From Mobula hypostoma (taxonomy: Eukaryota): a stretch of DNA of 64,000 nt. Of this stretch, positions 1 through 12,915 are shown in pieces. Location: NCBI RefSeq assembly GCF_963921235.1, contig NC_086109.1, positions 18,912,001 through 18,976,000 of the forward strand, written 5' to 3'. How positions within the stretch are numbered: the first letter of the stretch is position 1; every line of letters begins with the position of its first letter. Position numbers and translations under genes: made by a program. The notes below the pieces were generated by a model, which saw only the letters and a program-made list of their open reading frames with translations, did no database searches and was not told the DNA's origin.

Positions 1-614
1 TCCTGTCCAATCCATAAACCACAGAACTTTGGTAGCATCCTCTGACGGCCTCGAGGGAGAGGAAAGTAGAAGCAGAGCAGCGAGGAAGATAGGCCATCAA
101 AGTCATCTTATCCAGCAACATCAAGCAACAGGCCATCACCTAGAGACATTTTATCTGGTAACAGTGGGCAATAGGTGGTCACCCACAGATACCCTATCCG
201 GCAAAGAACTGTCACAGCATGGCTAGCAGTGAGTAGTCAGCGCTGAACACTCGCTCGCTTTCTGCATTCACTCCAATTTTTCAACCTTCCTCAGCACTGT
301 AATCGGCAATTAATAGAGTTGATAATGGGCTCATGCCCCATTGCTAAGCGTCGCTACGAGGTCCACACTCGTCTTCTGGAATGTTCTCGGAGACAGCGGA
401 GTGCTAGATCACACAGTCAATCTTCAAACTGTAACAGTTCCAGAAACACACTGAAGATAAAAGGAAGACGTACAAGAAATAAAAGAAAGAAAGACATCGC
501 CCGAGGAATCATTGTTCGCTGGTGCCACCTTGGTTGGAATTCGGCTTGGTGTCCATTGCAAATATCATGTGTTGAAGGGCCTTTTCAGTGTGTTATGCTG
601 TTCCATATCGGTTT

Positions 615-1505
615 GAACTTTATCAAGACCTTTGACAATGGTAGGCTGATCTGGAACGTTAGGTCCTATGGAATCCAGGGAGAACAAGGTAGATTCAAAA
701 TGAGCTTGGAGCAGAAAGCAGACGGTTGTGGTTGAAGGTTCTTTCTTGAAATGGAGGCCAGTGGTTAATGGTGCACCACAAAGTTCATTGTACTGACCCT
801 TGTTACTCATATATAGTTTGAATGTGAATGTACAGAACTTGGTCAATAAGTTTGCTGAGGACAGAAAAATTTGGATCTGTTGTTGACAGTGAAGAAGGTT
901 GTCATAGGTTACAAAAGAATATGATCAAATAAGGAAGTGAGCTGAGGAGAGGTAAATAGATTTCAATACAGTAAGTGTAAGATCATGCATCTAGAACATT
1001 AAAGCAGTGTCGGACTTGTACTCTGAAAGGTAGGGCATTTAGGAGCATAATGCAACAATGGGGCATAGGAATATAAGTGTACATTTCATTGTAAGTGGCA
1101 TCACAGGTAAGCAGTGTGGTGACAAAGGCCTTTAACATGCTTTCTATAGGGCCCTAATTATAGGAGTTGGGGCTTTAAGTTGCAGTTGTATATATCACTG
1201 GTGAGGCTGCACTTGGAGTTATGTGAACAGTTCTGATCATATTGTTCGAGGCAAGATTTGGTTAAACTGAAAAGAGTGCAGGAAAGACCAGAGGGGCAAC
1301 TTTTCCACACAGGGTGTGGTTAGGGTATTGAACAGGCTACTAGAAGAAGTGGTTGAACCAAGTGCCATAGTTTTTAAGAAGCACTTGGCTAGGTACATGG
1401 ACGGGCGAGGCTTGGATATGGTCTGAATGAAGGAAATGGGGATTAGCTGAGTGAGCACTGAGGTTATCATGAAATTGTTGGGCTAAAAAGCCTGTAACCA
1501 TGCTT
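615..1505 (+). mobile_element. Decayed CR1/HER1-type LINE, RT region to 3' end
   Basis: Degenerate CR1 RT motifs: FIKTFD ~620, WRPVVNGAPQ ~752-782, KFAED ~848. Also 'gtgaggctgcacttggag' (VRPHLE-like) and a CR1-type 3' UTR; many stops and frameshifts. Confidence 0.75.
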
Positions 1506-1630
1506 TTAGATGTAATAGCATCTAGTAGAAGGTTGTGGGTTTAAAATTTCTCTTGACACTTCACTAAGATCTCAGATGATGATTGATGAGAGAGTGTTAG
1601 GCTGCTGGAGGTGGCATTTTCTTTTTTTAG

Positions 1631-2863
1631 CAACACACATCAAAGTTGCTGGTGAACGCAGCAGGCCAGGCAGCATCTCTAGGAAGAGGTACAGTCGACG
1701 TTTCAGGCCGAGACCCTTCGTCAGGACTAACTGAAGGAAGAGTGAGTAAGGGATTTGAAAGTGGGAGAGGGAGGGGGAGATCCAAAATGATAGGAGAAGA
1801 TAGGAGGGGGAGGGATGGAGCCAAGAGCTGGACAGGTAATTGGCAAAGGGGATATGAGAGGATCATGGGACAGGAGGCCCAGGGAGAAAGACCGGGGGGT
1901 TGGGGGGGAACCCAGAGGATGGGCAAGGGGTATAGTCAGAGGGACAGAGGGAGAAAAAGGAGAGTGAGAGAAAGAATGTATAAAAATAAATAACGGATGG
2001 GGTACGGGGGGGGGGAGGTGGGGCATTAGCGGAAGTTAGAGAAGTCAATGTTCATGCCATCAGGTTGGAGGCTACCCAAACGGAATATAAGGTGTTGTTC
2101 CTCCAAACTGAGTGTGGCTTCATCTTTACAATAGAGGAGGTCGTGGATAGACATGTCAGAATGGGAATGGGATGTGGAATTAAAATGTGTGGCCACTGGG
2201 AGATCCTGCTTTCTCTGGCGGACAGAGCGTAGGTGTTCAGCAAAGCGGTCGCCCAGTCTGCGTCGGGTCTCGCCAATATATAGAAGGCCACATAGGGAGC
2301 ACCAGATACAGTATATCACCCCAACCGGCTCACAGGCGAAGTGTCGCCTCACCTGGAAGGACTGCCTGGGGCCCTGAATCATGGTAAGGGAAAAGTGTAA
2401 GGGCATGTGTAGCATTTGTTCCGCTTACAAGGATAAGTGCCAGGAGGGAGATCGGTGGGGAGGGATGGGGAGTATGTTTGGACAAGGGAGTCGCGTAGGG
2501 AGCGATCCCTGCGGAAAGTGTGGGGGGGGGGGGGTGGAGGGAAAGGTGTGCTTAGTGGTGGGATCTCGTTGGAGGTGACGGAAGTTACAGAGAATAATAT
2601 GTTGGACCCGGAGGCTGGTGGGGTGGTAGGTGAGGACCAGGGGAACCCTATTCCTAGTGCGATGGCGGGAGGATGGAGCGAGAGCAGATGTGCGTGAATT
2701 GGGGGAGATGAGTTTGAGAGCAGAGTTGATGGTGGAGGAAGGGAAGCCCCTTTCTTTAAAAAAGGAGGACATCTCCCTCGTCCTGGAATGAAAAGCTTCA
2801 TCCTGAGAGCAGATGCAGCGGAGAGGGAGGAATTGCAAGAAGGGGATGGCATTTGTTGTGTTG
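1631..2863 (-). mobile_element. 5'-truncated Penelope-like element (PLE): post-RT region, GIY-YIG endonuclease and terminal repeat
   Basis: ORF 2026-2415(-) reads VIYCIWCSLCGLLYIGETRRRLGDRFAEH...PVATHFN...EEQHLIFRLGSLQPDGMN (PLE GIY-YIG). ORF 2425-2901(-) reads IPFLQFL.LRCICS...RVPLVLTYHP. Flanked by the 14-bp direct repeat TTTTCTTTTTTTAG (1617-1630, 2864-2877). Confidence 0.92.
1693..1728 (-). ncRNA. Minimal type I hammerhead ribozyme motif in the PLE terminal repeat
   Basis: Minus strand reads AGUC-CUGACGA-AGG(GUCUCGG)CCU-GAAA-CG-UC-GACU. Intact core, stem I AGUC/GACU, stem II AGG/CCU, palindromic ACGU in place of stem III. Confidence 0.75.
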
Positions 2864-3699
2864 TTTTCTTTTTTTAGGTAGGTTTGTCTGCCATTTCCCA
2901 CAGCATTCTCCTCATATACGTGCCAAGAATTTTGTCACTGTCTGAACAATATTTATTGCTCACAAAGCATTATGGACCATCTTACCTCTTCATAATCACA
3001 TTGACTTATTGGGCATTCCCACCTACAGAATGACTGCATGTACAAACGTTTGTATTATTTCACACTGCAATGGATATTACATGTGAAGTATTTTTTACTG
3101 GTTTTCAGTTGTTTGATGGTCATTCAAGGTACAACTTATGTGGGAGTCCCTCTTTTATCATTTTGCTGCCTGGGTCAAAAACCGTGCTGCCTAAAGGCTC
3201 TATGGAAAGGGTTTCAGTCCGGAGTATTTCAAGAAGATACCTCACTTCTTGGGAGTACCCAGAAAGGGGTAATGATTGTCAGTGATGTTTCTAGCTTTGG
3301 CAGTTTATTCCTTAAAACTATAACAGTTAGCAAGTGTTTGCTCTTCATTCATACTGCCAGAACAGGGCTATACGGAGACGGTCACCGATTTCCCTAAAAG
3401 TTTTGTAAATTCCCTTAGTTAAACCGAGGAATTACTGGCACAGAGTTCTGCTTAGAGTTAGAGGGGGAGGGGGAAGCACACAAAATAGCATCCTAATGAG
3501 CTGATCTAAAAAAAGAAATGTAATGATACAAAGGAATAATTAAATGATAGGTTTAGAGATGATACATCGGTATAATTAAAAGGTAGATCTAATTAACGGT
3601 AATGCAGTCTCCTGACAACACCTCTTACTGTAATCACTTTTGGTACCTCCACTTTGGATTCGTCGACAAAGATGCGAGAGCCATGTCACGGTTCATCCC

Positions 3700-5830
3700 C
3701 GCTGAAGGAGTTCTTTCCAAGTTTGAGTGGAGCCAATGGGCAATGCCAGTGATCCCAATACCCAAGATGGATGGATCTGTCAGGATCTGCGGTAATTTTA
3801 AAGTCACGAAAAGTATATCAATACCCTCAGCCCTGGATAGAGGAATATCTTTTCAAACCTTTCTGGAGGGAAACACTTTAGCAAAGTGGACCCAGCTGAA
3901 GACTACTTACAGATGGAGATAGAAGAAGAGTTCAAAGTATTTCTCACCATAAACGATCACCAAGGGCTTTATGGCTGTAATAGGCTTACTTTTGGAGTGG
4001 CGTTTGAACCCGCACTCCAGCAAAAAGCTATGGACCATGCACTGCATGGCTGCCCGGGCACTCAGTGTTACCTGGATGACATAATTGTTACCAGCGAAGC
4101 ATGATACAGAAGATCTCCAAAATCTCAAGACAGTGTTAAAAAGATCAGATTTTGGGCTCAGAGTATGACACAAGTATGAATTTTTTAAAGCAATCATCAC
4201 TCATTGTGGTCACACCACTGCGCACAGGTTAACACAAGTGTGCTGAGAAAATTCAAGCAGTGGTGGATGCCCCAAGGCTAAAGGATGTGGTCCCGTTCAG
4301 GATGTAACAATTACTATAACAGACTCCTGCTAAACCTGGCTACTGTGCTCCACCCCTTGAACTCATTGCTACGGATTGGGAAGAAATGGGAATGGGCAAG
4401 GCAGTGTGAGATGACTTTTCAAAAGACGAAGGAAGTGCTGACATCTGACACGGTACTACGCTCTATGTTCCACATCACCCAGTGAAGCTTGCCTGTCATG
4501 CCTTGACTTGTGATATAGGTGCAGTCAAGTCACATATTATGAGTGATGGGAGTAAATGCCCCATGTTGGACGAGCTACATGCTGGTCATCTAGGTGTGGT
4601 CAAAATGAAAGCATTGGCTCAAAACTTTGTCTGGTGGCCTGAGGTAGATCAGCAGATTGAGCAAGCACTGCTCGGCATGCCAACACATCCAGAAGATGCC
4701 AAGAGCAGCACTTCTCAATTCTTGGGAATGGGCTGCATTGCCCTGGCAGAGGATTCATATGGAGTTTGCCAGGCCATTCATGGGCACAAATTTCCTGTTG
4801 GTAATGGATTCTGCTACAAAGTGGCCAGACGTGTTGCCAATAGCCTCCACACAGCCACATACACTGTTGGTGTGTTGAGAAGCCTTTTCTCAAGGACTGG
4901 TGTTCCAGAACACTTAATCAGTGACAATGATCAGTTTGTAGCACAGCGATTTCAGTCATTCTTGAAAATGAATGGAATAAGACATATTACATTTGCACTG
5001 TACCATTTGGCTATAAATGGCTTGGAGGAAAGGTTTGCCCAGAGTCTAACCAGAAGCTCGCCAATGTCCTCCTTGCATATTCCAATGCAGCACACTCTGC
5101 ATCCAACAACTCTTCAGCTACACTGTTCCTGGGTCATCTCTTGCACCTACTCTTGGATCTCCTCAAACCCAAACTTAAATGAAGTATGCAGAACAAAAAG
5201 CTGAGGCAAATTGAGGGTTCCTCAGGCAATGAGTTGCGATGTTTCACTCCTGGGCAAGCAGTCTAGGCGAGGCACTGCAGAGTTGATCAAAAGTAGGTAC
5301 TTGGAAAGATTAAAGACAGAACTGGACCACTCTCCCATACAGCGGAGATTGCGTCTGGTGTCATCTGGAGATGGCACATCAATCAGTTGAGGAGAGCAGG
5401 GTCAATTGCTAGCAAAGGAAGCTGTTCAGAGCTGTCAGACCACTTTCCGCAGTCCCAAAGTCAACTCCTACAGAGTCAAAGAATTGACTCTTGGACTACA
5501 GGAAAAGTTTTGGACAGCTCGTCCGCCACGGACTTAAAATGTTTCACAACCACAAGTCTCATCTGCCAAGCAGAGTGATCCCCTTGTCAGGTAAGATGTT
5601 ATCCCACAAGAATAGGAAGTCCTCCACAGCAATTAAATCTTCAGGCCTGAACGGAATAAGCATTCTTTGTTGACATAATTCATTACAGATTATATGTACG
5701 AAGTACATGAATAGCATAATGCCACCATGGTGCATGCCTCACTAAAGTAAAAACTGAACATACATGAGTTATCCCTGGATCCATGATTTTCCTTCAATCA
5801 GTTTTATGTTTTGGAGTTACAAAACATAAT
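3700..5830 (+). mobile_element. Decayed Ty3/Gypsy LTR retrotransposon pol (RT, RNase H, integrase) with a probable 3' LTR remnant
   Basis: RT: WSQWAMPVIPIPKMDGSVRICGNFKVT and CYLDDIIVT. Integrase zinc finger: LDELHAGHLGVVKMKALAQNFVWWP and CSACQ. Integrase core: PWQRIHMEFARPF...DSATKWPDV and GVPEHLISDN. Many frameshifts. Confidence 0.9.
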
Positions 5831-5831
5831 A

Positions 5832-6225
5832 GTTCCCAGGGAGACACACGGAGACGAACATCAAGTGCGGCTGGCAGATGATCTATTCGGTGACTGACGC
5901 CCTTTGGTCCGCCTGAATCTTGTTGGTCTACCAGCACATCGGGATGTCTGTCAAGGCATGCTGCGGACTGGTACATTCCAGGGTGCAGGAGTACGTGTTG
6001 AGGGAGGCACTGAAGCTTGGTGCAACCACAACAAGGTTGGGTGAAGAAGCCCCTGAACTATTGCAGTGGTATTGTACTCTAGGGGGCCACATGAGTGATA
6101 GAGGGGCTATTATGTGCTGGAATGAAATGGAACAGCATTGAAAGCATTACACATGAATATAAGAGTGAAAAGACGGTTTATTCTTTTAAGTATTTTTATT
6201 ACGAATAGTTTGATATAAAAAAAAG
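5832..6225 (+). mobile_element. 3' fragment of a Tx1-like (L1 clade) LINE
   Basis: FPGRHTETNIKCGWQMIYSV, then LLVYQHIGMSVKACCGLVHSRVQEYVLREALKLGA, which resembles a Tx1-type ORF2 C-terminus. A-rich end at ~6217-6224. Confidence 0.65.
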
Positions 6226-6734
6226 ATTTTATTTTGATTTAATCATGCGCTATTCAGACATTGGAAGACAGAGGGCAATATAATGACTGTTCTTGGTGGT
6301 TGATTGCTTTCAATGGAAGGTATTTTTTAAAGGAGGAACAGGAGGAGGCCAGTTACATAGCGTGAGTTCCACAGAGATAGCCCTCAGGCCCAAATAATCC
6401 CTGCTGTCTTTTACGGTCTAGTGCTGAGCATTTTTCAGTTCTCCTTTCCCCATCCTACAAAGTATGGCCTTCTATTTCTTTCACCTTCATTTGTTTATCT
6501 TCCCCTGTGGTGTTCATCTCAACTACACGGGCAATATCCTCAATGAGTCACTCTCCAAAAGTTCAGTTTCAGATTTATTTGCAGTCCTTTTGTAGCATCC
6601 ACTTTGAGCTCCACAAGTGGGGGTATATTACTTAATCAAACACTGAAATTTTTTACAATTTTTTATTAAATAATCTCTTGAGGATTCTGTTTCTCACCAC
6701 AGATCAAGGATCAAGCATCAACTATATGCACTGT

Positions 6735-7307
6735 ATACACTGTGAAAAGTCTTAAGCTGATATGGATATACATACAGTAGAAGTAACTTGGGTACCTAAG
6801 ACTTCTGCACAGTACTGCAGCAATTTTATGTATTGCACTTACTGCTGCCACAAAAAAAAATCTTGACATATGTGAGTGATGAAGAACCTGATCTGGATGT
6901 GGATCCCTATTGTGGATTGAGAGTGGGAAAGGGGCAGGGGGAGGGGAGTCATGATTAGGAAAGGGGAAAAGTGGGAGAGTGGGGGGTGCAGGAAGCACCA
7001 GAAAGACATTCTGTAATAATTAATAGACCGATAGTTTTGAATCAAATGGCCTTACCTACTGTCTCAGGGCTGAGTTTGTCTGTACCCGCGTCACAAACAA
7101 CCACCCCCCCCTCCCCCTGGCACTCTTTCACTCCATCTGTCCCACACCTCTCCCACAGCGCTCCACCCTCACCATTCCCACCATCCTTTGCTCCTGCCAG
7201 ATTTACAAACCCACTCTCTGCTCCATGTTCACGAGTACAGTACTGTGCGAAAGTCTTCGACACTCTAGCTATATGTATATGCCCAAGACTCTTGCACAGT
7301 GCTGTAC
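6735..7307 (+). repeat. Composite interspersed repeat (short TIR-like palindromes flanking a LINE-tail-like segment), copy 1
   Basis: Similar along its length to the reverse complement of 36430-37020. Ends in a ~70-bp fold-back TACAGTACTGTGCGAAAGTCTT...AAGACTCTTGCACAGTGCTGTA. Confidence 0.65.
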
Positions 7308-8124
7308 ATTTACATGCATTAGGAATTTACTGTGGTGTGTTGGCACAACACGCAACAAAAAAGACAAAATTCAACAATTATGAAATTCAGGAGTTATATA
7401 AAATTAAAGTTAGAAGTACAGATACGGAACAAAATATAAATTAACACATAAATATCAACATGTATTTACAATGTAAACAACATTATAAAACACAGTTTAA
7501 AGTGTTTACAGTGCAGTGCAGTGACTGATGTAATAGAGAGAGATGGGTGTGCGAGGGTGCTAGTTAACATGGTCGATCAGATTAACTGCCTGGAGGAAGA
7601 AACTTTTAAGATAGTGTAATGGGAAGAATGCTGTCTAGATTTTACCACAGGGTATAAATTCATGATTCAGACTTAGCAGGATGCTCCTTCTAATGGATTA
7701 ATCCACCTAACCTGAACTATTGCCAACATTCAAATAAAACCCACCAGATGTTGGAAATCTGAGGTTTAAACCAGAAATGCTGAAGGTGCTCAGCAGGTCA
7801 GTGCCTTGAAGCATTAATTCTGCTCCTCTCTCTCCCTGATGCTCCCTGACTCTCAGCTTATTTGAGTTCCTGCCATTTTCATATCCAGGAAGTGAAAACT
7901 AGTCCTCAGTTTTTGAGCTAAATCTACAACCTTGTAAGAAATTTCATGGTGAACTGTTTCTGAAAATCAACTCTGTTGAAATTGGAAAAGAACTTCAGAT
8001 CCCACACCTGCTGTGTCACTTTTGTCTCCGTTTTCAGAGAAGGTTATGATTATCCTTGAGGCTGTGCAGCAAACATGTCTCATTACATTGAAGACTGAAG
8101 AGTAGGGAATATCCTCAGAAGAGT

Positions 8125-9025
8125 TATTGGAAGGATAGACTATTACTCCCTGGAGTTTATTCCCTGGAGTGTAGGAGAATGAGGGGAAATTTGATAGAAA
8201 TATACAAAATTATGTTGGGTATATATAAGGGAACTGCAAGCAGGCTTTTTCTGCTGAGGTTCAGTGCGACTAAAACTGTGAGGCTTCTGTTGGTCAGAGT
8301 TGACCATGGATATTGTGTCCTAGCTGTCTAGATACGCAAGCCCAAGTGGTAACGATATGCAGAGCAAGCTGTTGCCCGTGTAGTAAGCTCCCCCTTCTCC
8401 ACACATCTGTAGACCCCAAAGGAATGGCAGAGACGGATACAGTTTGCTAGCAGCAGCATCGCAGGAGTTGCCAGTCAGCATTGATCTCAATGCAAGGACT
8501 CCAGTTGCAGATTTTTCTCTTGGGGATTTACTCCCGAAGCCTTCCCCATGAGTGGGTGTAGCCACAAGGCAGCGGAGGTTTGAGATCAGAGTTTTCTTTC
8601 TCCTAAGTGAGTTGCCAACCACAGCTGATGATCCCCATCTGCCCAAAGTGACTGGTTTTAAGGTACCAGTAATCTGCCTTTGCCCCTTCTCCTGTCAGTA
8701 GAAATAGTTCTGCCGGGCTTAGTAGCTAAACACATGGGAAGGCCAGGAGCTGGACTTGGTTGTCAGAGGTTATTTGAGGCTCACACCATTGGGAGCACTT
8801 AATAAGTAATGGGAGCTTATCCCCACTACCACTCCCAGTGATTAGAACTAGAGGCCACAGGTTAAGGATGAAAGGTGAAATGTTTAAGAGGAACATGAGG
8901 GGGACGTTTTTCCTTCAGAGGGTGGTGAGCGAGTGGAATGGGCTGCTAGAGGAAGTGCTGGATGTGGGTTCAATTGTAACATTTAAGAGAGGTTTGGATA
9001 AGATCATGGATGGGAGGGATATGTA
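8125..9025 (+). mobile_element. CR1 3' ORF2 remnant split by an insertion at ~8279-8838
   Basis: SLECRRMRGNLIEIYKIM before the insert; RTRGHRLRMKGEMFKRNMRGTFFLQRVVSEWNGL after it. Confidence 0.8.
8279..8838 (-). mobile_element. Non-coding ~550-bp interspersed element, probably RTE-related, copy 1 of 3
   Basis: Reverse complement resembles 58005-58572 and 62790-63310, sharing the AAAACTCTGATyTCAAACC-type and GGCAACTCCTGC motifs. It interrupts a CR1. Confidence 0.6.
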
Positions 9026-9479
9026 GGTCTATAGACAAGCCTTTTGGTCCAGGTGTCCATACTGACCAAGATGCCCCTTCTAAGCTAGTTCCATTTGGTA
9101 CCATTTGGCCATAACGTGCTAAACTTTTCCAATCTATGTCCCAGTCCATGTACATCTTAAAAGTTGTTATCGACTTGCCTCAACCACTTCCTCAGGCAGA
9201 GTTGTTGTTATATATTTTAAAAATTGATTTGACTTCCATATACATGAGGACTGATGTTTTACTGCTTCTTGGGTAGAGAATTCTGAAGATGTAATGTCTT
9301 TGGGGTGAACACATTTCTTCCCATCTTGATTGTGAATTTCTGACCCTTTATTTTGAGACTGTGACCTCCTGGCTCTAGACATCTTGAAAGGAAGCAACAT
9401 TCGGTCTGCATCTACCCTGTCAAGCCCCCGTTAGAATTCTGTGTGAATCAGTAAGCACACCACTTAGTCCCAATGGCAG

Positions 9480-10195
9480 CAGCAAGAAGAGGGCATCGTC
9501 TAGATGGTGGATACTCCCAGAAACATTGATGGCATGTCATCTAAAACTTTGCCAATCTTGTATAGAAGCACATTGGAGAGTATCCCGACTAGTTGCCCAA
9601 GATCAGAAAAGCCTACAAAGAGTAGTGGATGCACCCAATGCATCACAGAAAAAAACCATCCCCACCAAAGAGCACATCTTCAAGGAGTGCTGCCACAAGA
9701 AAACTGCCTCCATTATCAAGGACTCCCACCATCCGGATCACGCTCTCCGCTCTCTTCTCAATACTGTCATTGGGAAGGAGGTACAGGAGCTTTGGATCCC
9801 TTTTGAGCATGAGTTTTTGAGTCTCCCAGAGTCCATAGGTTGTGTTAGGTGATCGGTTGGGGTGAGTGAAGTTATCCACACTGGTTCAGGAACAGGTAGT
9901 ACCCCCTCAACCATCAGGTTCCTGAACAAGTGTGGACTCACTTTCAAAGACTTGAAAACTCATGCTCTCTTTATTATTTATTTACTTATTTATTATTATT
10001 ATAATTTTTTTTGTTTTGTACTTGCACAGCTTATCTTGTTTTTCACATCGGTTGTCTGTTAGTCTTTGTGTGTAGTTTCCCATTGATACTATTGTGTTTC
10101 TTTATTCTACTGTGAATGCCTACAAGAACATAAGAAATGAGTCTTAGGGACGTATATGGTCCCATATGTACTTTGACAATAAATTAATTTTAAAC
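9480..10195 (+). mobile_element. Rex1/Babar-type LINE 3' remnant
   Basis: GMSSKTL..LYRSTLESI, DQKSLQRVVDA, SIIKDSHHPDHAL, SLGRRYRS, followed by an AT-rich 3' UTR. Confidence 0.75.
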
Positions 10196-10769
10196 TTCAA
10201 ACACTACTTCATCTCTGTTCTTGGCTCAGTCTCCCCTTCCGGCATGAAAATGTCCAACCTTCCTCAGACAGGGAGTCCAGACCTATTCATATTATCCTTG
10301 ATGTTGACTCACCAAGGTCCTATATAATTTCAGTAAGTTGGCTTTACTTTCAAATTCTTGCAATAATGGCCAACGTAACATCTACTTTCCTAGTTGTCTG
10401 CTGAACCTACACATTAACATTCAGTGATTCATGTACAAGGACACTCAGGTCTCTTTGAATGCCAACACCTTTTGACTCCTTTTTTATTTGAAAGCATTTC
10501 ATTTTCAAGCTCAAAGTAGCAGATCAAAAGCAAGAAATTGTGTGGCATTCATTTCTCACCATCGAGGAGGCAGTCGGAAGGAATGCTATTTGCTGTTGGT
10601 AGATTTAAGTATTCTCTTCCAGGAACTTGCAGATATCCAAATATATTGGTATTACTTTCAGAAAGTCTGCAGTTAGTCATTGCGACAGACAATTAATAAA
10701 TTTGGTAAGATTTGCATAAAGAAAGTAGAGCTGAAAATGGTTAAGAGGAGGGTTAGTAATAGAGATGGA

Positions 10770-11814
10770 CTGAATGATCTTCTTTTATGACACTCTGAAA
10801 TGTTTGCTCCATTAATATCAAATTGTTTTTAAAGCATATATGCATTTAGTAAAATTTTTCAAAAGGTACAATTTAATGTCAGAGAAATGTATACAATATA
10901 CATCCTAAAATGCTTTTTCTTCACAACCATCCATGAAAACAGAGGAGTGCCCCCAAAGAATGAACGACAGTTAAATGTTAGAACCCCAAGGACCCCCCAG
11001 CTCCCCACTCTCGCCTGTAATTAGCATGAAGAACAATCCCCCTTTACCTCCACTGGCAAAAAAAACAATGGCACCTGTCACTGAGCACTCAAGTGTGAGC
11101 AAAGCAACAGCAAAGATACAGACTTGCGGTTACCCCAAAGACTTCCTGTTTCACCTGGTATTCAACCTACCACAGGTTCTTTCTTTTCCTACTAAGGGAG
11201 AAAGAGTTGTCTCCATTGTCCCAGCGAGCGGGGAGTCATAACAAACAACTAATGGTTTACGATATTAAAAATCCGCCATGCCACCTTTTTCATGCTGTGT
11301 GCCCCAAAAGACTGGGCACACAGTCGCAGATATCCTGACTCTCCTGACGACACATGGGTCTGCTGTTGTGACACCGACCCTCAATCAACCTGTCTCTAGA
11401 GCCCTGAGATCCCAGGCTTCCGAATCCGAGCCGGACTCCCAGGCCGAGCCTTTGGCGTGCTGAACAACAATGGCCGGTTGTGAAATCCCGACAGCGGGTC
11501 CCATTCCCTCAAAGAACCGTAGTCAGCATATAACTCCAGGTCAGGCTCTTCAAAAGAACCCTGAAAGGGAAAAATAGAGATATTAAAGATGGAAATAGAG
11601 CCGTTTCTGAAGATGTAAGCAAAGGAGTCGCTGTTAAGTGCCTTTAGCCCAAATTACTGTAAACTTTAGCAGAAAACACTGTGCATTTTCTGTAGTCTTT
11701 AAGAACATCAATATAACATTGTACTTTAAGCAGATTACAGGCTGCAATCATGTGAAGTTCTGGGATTATCCTTGTTAACTGAGATACTTGAAACTAGAGA
11801 AACTAATTCGGTAA
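10770..11814 (+). repeat. Copy A of a local ~250-280 bp duplication, interrupted by a ~790-bp insertion
   Basis: 10770-10850 plus 11643-11814 align to the uninterrupted 12916-13194 (CTGAATGATCTTCTTTTATGACACTCTGAAATG ... GAAACTAGAGAAACTAATTC). Confidence 0.85.
10851..11642 (-). mobile_element. Non-coding ~790-bp insertion (unclassified non-autonomous element)
   Basis: Present in duplicate A and absent from duplicate B. TTTAG on both sides (10845-10849, 11643-11647). No recognisable protein-coding content; strand inferred from a LINE-tail-like left end. Confidence 0.65.
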
Positions 11815-11884
11815 ACATGAATGAGATATACAAAGTATCATTGCAAACATGTCATAAATTGGTTAATATAGTCAGAATGTATGA

Positions 11885-12145
11885 AAGACCAGAAGACATA
11901 GGAGAAGAATTAGATCATTCAGCCCATCGATTCTGTTCCACCATTCCATCACGGCTGATTTATTATCCCTCTTAAACCCATTTTCTCCTCATAACCTTTG
12001 GTGCTCTTACTAATCAAGAACCTATCAACCACTGCTTTAAAGGTACCCAATGATCAGGCCTCCACAGCCGTCTGCGGCAATGAATTCCACAGGTTCGCTG
12101 CCCTCTGGCTGAACAAATGCCTCCTCATCCCTGTCCTAAGGGAAT
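11885..12145 (-). mobile_element. CR1/HER1 3' end
   Basis: AAGACATAGGAG.AGAATT...GGCAATGAATTCCACAG, shared with 17148, 31218 and 60590 and complementary to the CR1 3' end at ~26560-26790. Confidence 0.7.
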
Positions 12146-12915
12146 ATGAAAACGGTTCACAAAAGGTTCCATCACTCTGGCATGGCAGCCATTGCTTCTG
12201 CCTCGCTAATCCCATATTCCAGATCCCTCCCTGACCTCACTTGGCACATTCTCTCTGTGCCTGTGTTGGTCTCTCTGGATGGTCTGATTTCTTTGCATAT
12301 CTCAAATACATTCGGCTGATTGACTGGCAGCTGGAAATTATTCCTTAGCGCAGGTGGGTGGCAGGAGAATCAATTCGAGTTGATAGGCATAGAGTCAAAA
12401 AGCAAAAGAATCGTAGAACACTACAGCACAGGAACAGGCCCTTCGGCCCATCTAGTCCATACCAAACGATTATTCTGCCTAGTCCCATTGACCTGCACCT
12501 GGACCAAAGCCTTCCTATTGTGTAGTTACTCAGACAGGAATGTGAGAGAAAATAATTGTTCTGAGAGCTGCCATAGACCCTATAGACTGAGTGGCCTCCT
12601 TCTACATAGTGAAGAAAAAGAAAGAGTCACAATGTTTTTCCATCTGAAGCTCTGTCAATTAATCACTATAATATACATGAACTCTGTTGCACTGTATCAT
12701 GTGACCATTAAGATGCAAATGTTGGCATAATTTTGAAGCTGTGTCTGAAAGCCGCAAATTCCAAAATCAGTTTATCGCTTTGATGTCATTTTTCTGTTTC
12801 AGAAATTTCAATCTCTAGTTGTTACCTTGAACAAAACATTTCTAAAAGCATCATTTATTTTCTTTAGAACCAGTGATACCATACTGCAGAAAAGTTGGAC
12901 ACTCTTGCTGAAGTG

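Noticed and set aside
319..735. 138-aa basic ORF
   Set aside because: Runs from an unclassified non-coding segment into a CR1 remnant; no coherent protein.
3038..3397. ORFs or exon-like segment near 3.1-3.3 kb
   Set aside because: No recognisable protein in any frame; splice signals alone are insufficient.
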